From assembly GCA_964106915.2 (NCBI GenBank), contig OZ066919.1: DNA of 64,000 nt. One strand, given 5' to 3'. The notes below the pieces were generated by a model. That model was not told where the DNA came from. It saw only the letters and a program-made list of their open reading frames with translations, and ran no database searches. Numbering within the stretch: the stretch's first letter is position 1; each line of letters starts with the position of its first letter. The stretch is from Podarcis gaigeae (Eukaryota). The position numbers and the translations under genes are program-made. Below, piece after piece: positions 62,633 through 64,000 of this stretch.

Positions 62633-63767
62633 CACCAGAGTCTAACGTGATAAAATAAAGCATTTTTACCCACAAAGGTGATGACATAGCAACTGGAGAA
62701 AGGGACGGCAATTTTATTAGTGTCTTTTCAATGTTAGCAATGGGTCATTGCCAACATTCTGAATGTGGGAATTTCAAGGGAAGTTAGAATTGACCACAGC
62801 AGCATTTTGGTATGCATATTTGGAGCAGAACTTATATTTACAAGAAGTAATGCCATATTTGGGGTATCTATACTGTATCTAGCCTTATTTTAAAACAATT
62901 CAATATTAAATTATACTCTCCAACACCTTGAAATTGAAAATTCAAACCTTCAATGGTCCTAATTTTATTTATTCAATATTCATTTCCTCTTAATACTGAA
63001 TTTTTTTCACAAAAACTTCCTAGCACAAGAAACTAGTAAGTTGCTCTGAAAATGGCGTTCTGCAGTACTTCATTTTGGGAAATATAATAAAAAACATCAA
63101 GTCTAAATGGCTCTTCGATAAACACTGTGGAAAACTTCAAAAAAATGCCAAATGAATAAATCTTCTAGTAATAATAATAATTGTAATAATAATGCCAAAT
63201 ACCTGTTTCTTAGGATATAAGATGATATTGGATCAAGAAATCCAATATCATCTCCTATCATGTAAGCCAATTAAGAACAATAGCAAACTAATACCTGAGC
63301 AGCTTTATCAGTTTTGTACATACGGCATTATTTTACTGTCATCAATGGAATAACACGGTTTGTACTGTGACGTATACCAGGATGTCTCTGTCTTTCAAAT
63401 ATCACATGTCCTGCCCCCAACAGACTTGTTGTTTAAGGGCACCTGCAGCAGCATTGGAAAACAAACAGATCAATACAACAGACAAATGGAGTGATGAGGG
63501 GTCATTGACGCAGGATTGTATTACAGAACAGGTGGGTTCCAAGTATTCTCTCTGAGATAGAGACAGAGTAGGAAAGAGAGAAAGCCTAAGATTGTGTGCA
63601 TGTGTTAATGCCACTTTACTCAGGTTTGTGAAGGTACTGTCTAAGGCTGAAACTGAAAACTCATTTGCAAAGACGTATATATCACTGAACAAACTGAGTA
63701 AACATGATTAGGGTTACACTTGTAAAGGGTAAAGGACAGTGCTGAAAAACAACAAGGGTATTTTCCT

Positions 63768-63851
63768 GTGAAATCCTTACTTGTTAGATCAGAACTAAGT
63801 CCCATTAAGTTCAATGGGATTCTCATGGAAGTGTGCATAGGATTGCAGCTT
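63768..63851. mobile_element. Short palindromic element, family B
   Basis: aagtcccattaagttcaatgggattc..gtgtgcataggattgcagc. Confidence 0.65.
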
Positions 63852-64000
63852 AAAGACTGTAGCATGCAAGCCAAACAAAAGACCAAAAATTATTGCAAGA
63901 CATTTTTTTTCTTCAGCTTTTCAACATCAAGGACCCACTTCAGCCCCATATGCACTGTGGTACTCAACTCTGACATTTTTTCTCAGTTTTGATTTTTTTA

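Noticed and set aside
402-63992. Most of the 60-140 aa ORFs in the supplied track
   Set aside because: No recognisable domains, many non-ATG starts, and lengths expected by chance in intronic DNA; only FAF1 exons and TE fragments are interpretable.

Overview
AT-rich vertebrate genomic DNA; the repeat families point to a squamate reptile, probably a lacertid-type lizard (inference). The whole window lies inside FAF1 (Fas-associated factor 1, a p97/VCP UBX cofactor) on the minus strand. Eight internal coding exons (87, 96, 127, 64, 82, 155, 137 and 89 bp; my numbering 8-15 from recalled human structure) have GT-AG borders and compatible phases. The introns hold many transposons: a very young Penelope-like element (PLE) with a perfect 166-bp inverted pLTR pair, each arm carrying a minimal hammerhead ribozyme; an L1 with two nested hAT MITEs; L2, CR1 and RTE fragments; SINEs; solo LTRs; and hAT, Tc1/mariner and Harbinger-like MITEs. 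Several repeat-free, motif-rich blocks look like conserved enhancers, consistent with FAF1 acting as a bystander host for enhancers of neighbouring DMRTA2. Most notable are the self-sequestering hammerhead/inverted-repeat PLE, a 19-bp perfect palindrome centred on a DM-domain (DMRT) site, three exact PBX-MEIS/PREP decamers, and three N-runs that interrupt unique enhancer-like DNA rather than repeats. Conservation could not be tested here, so all enhancer calls are inferences.
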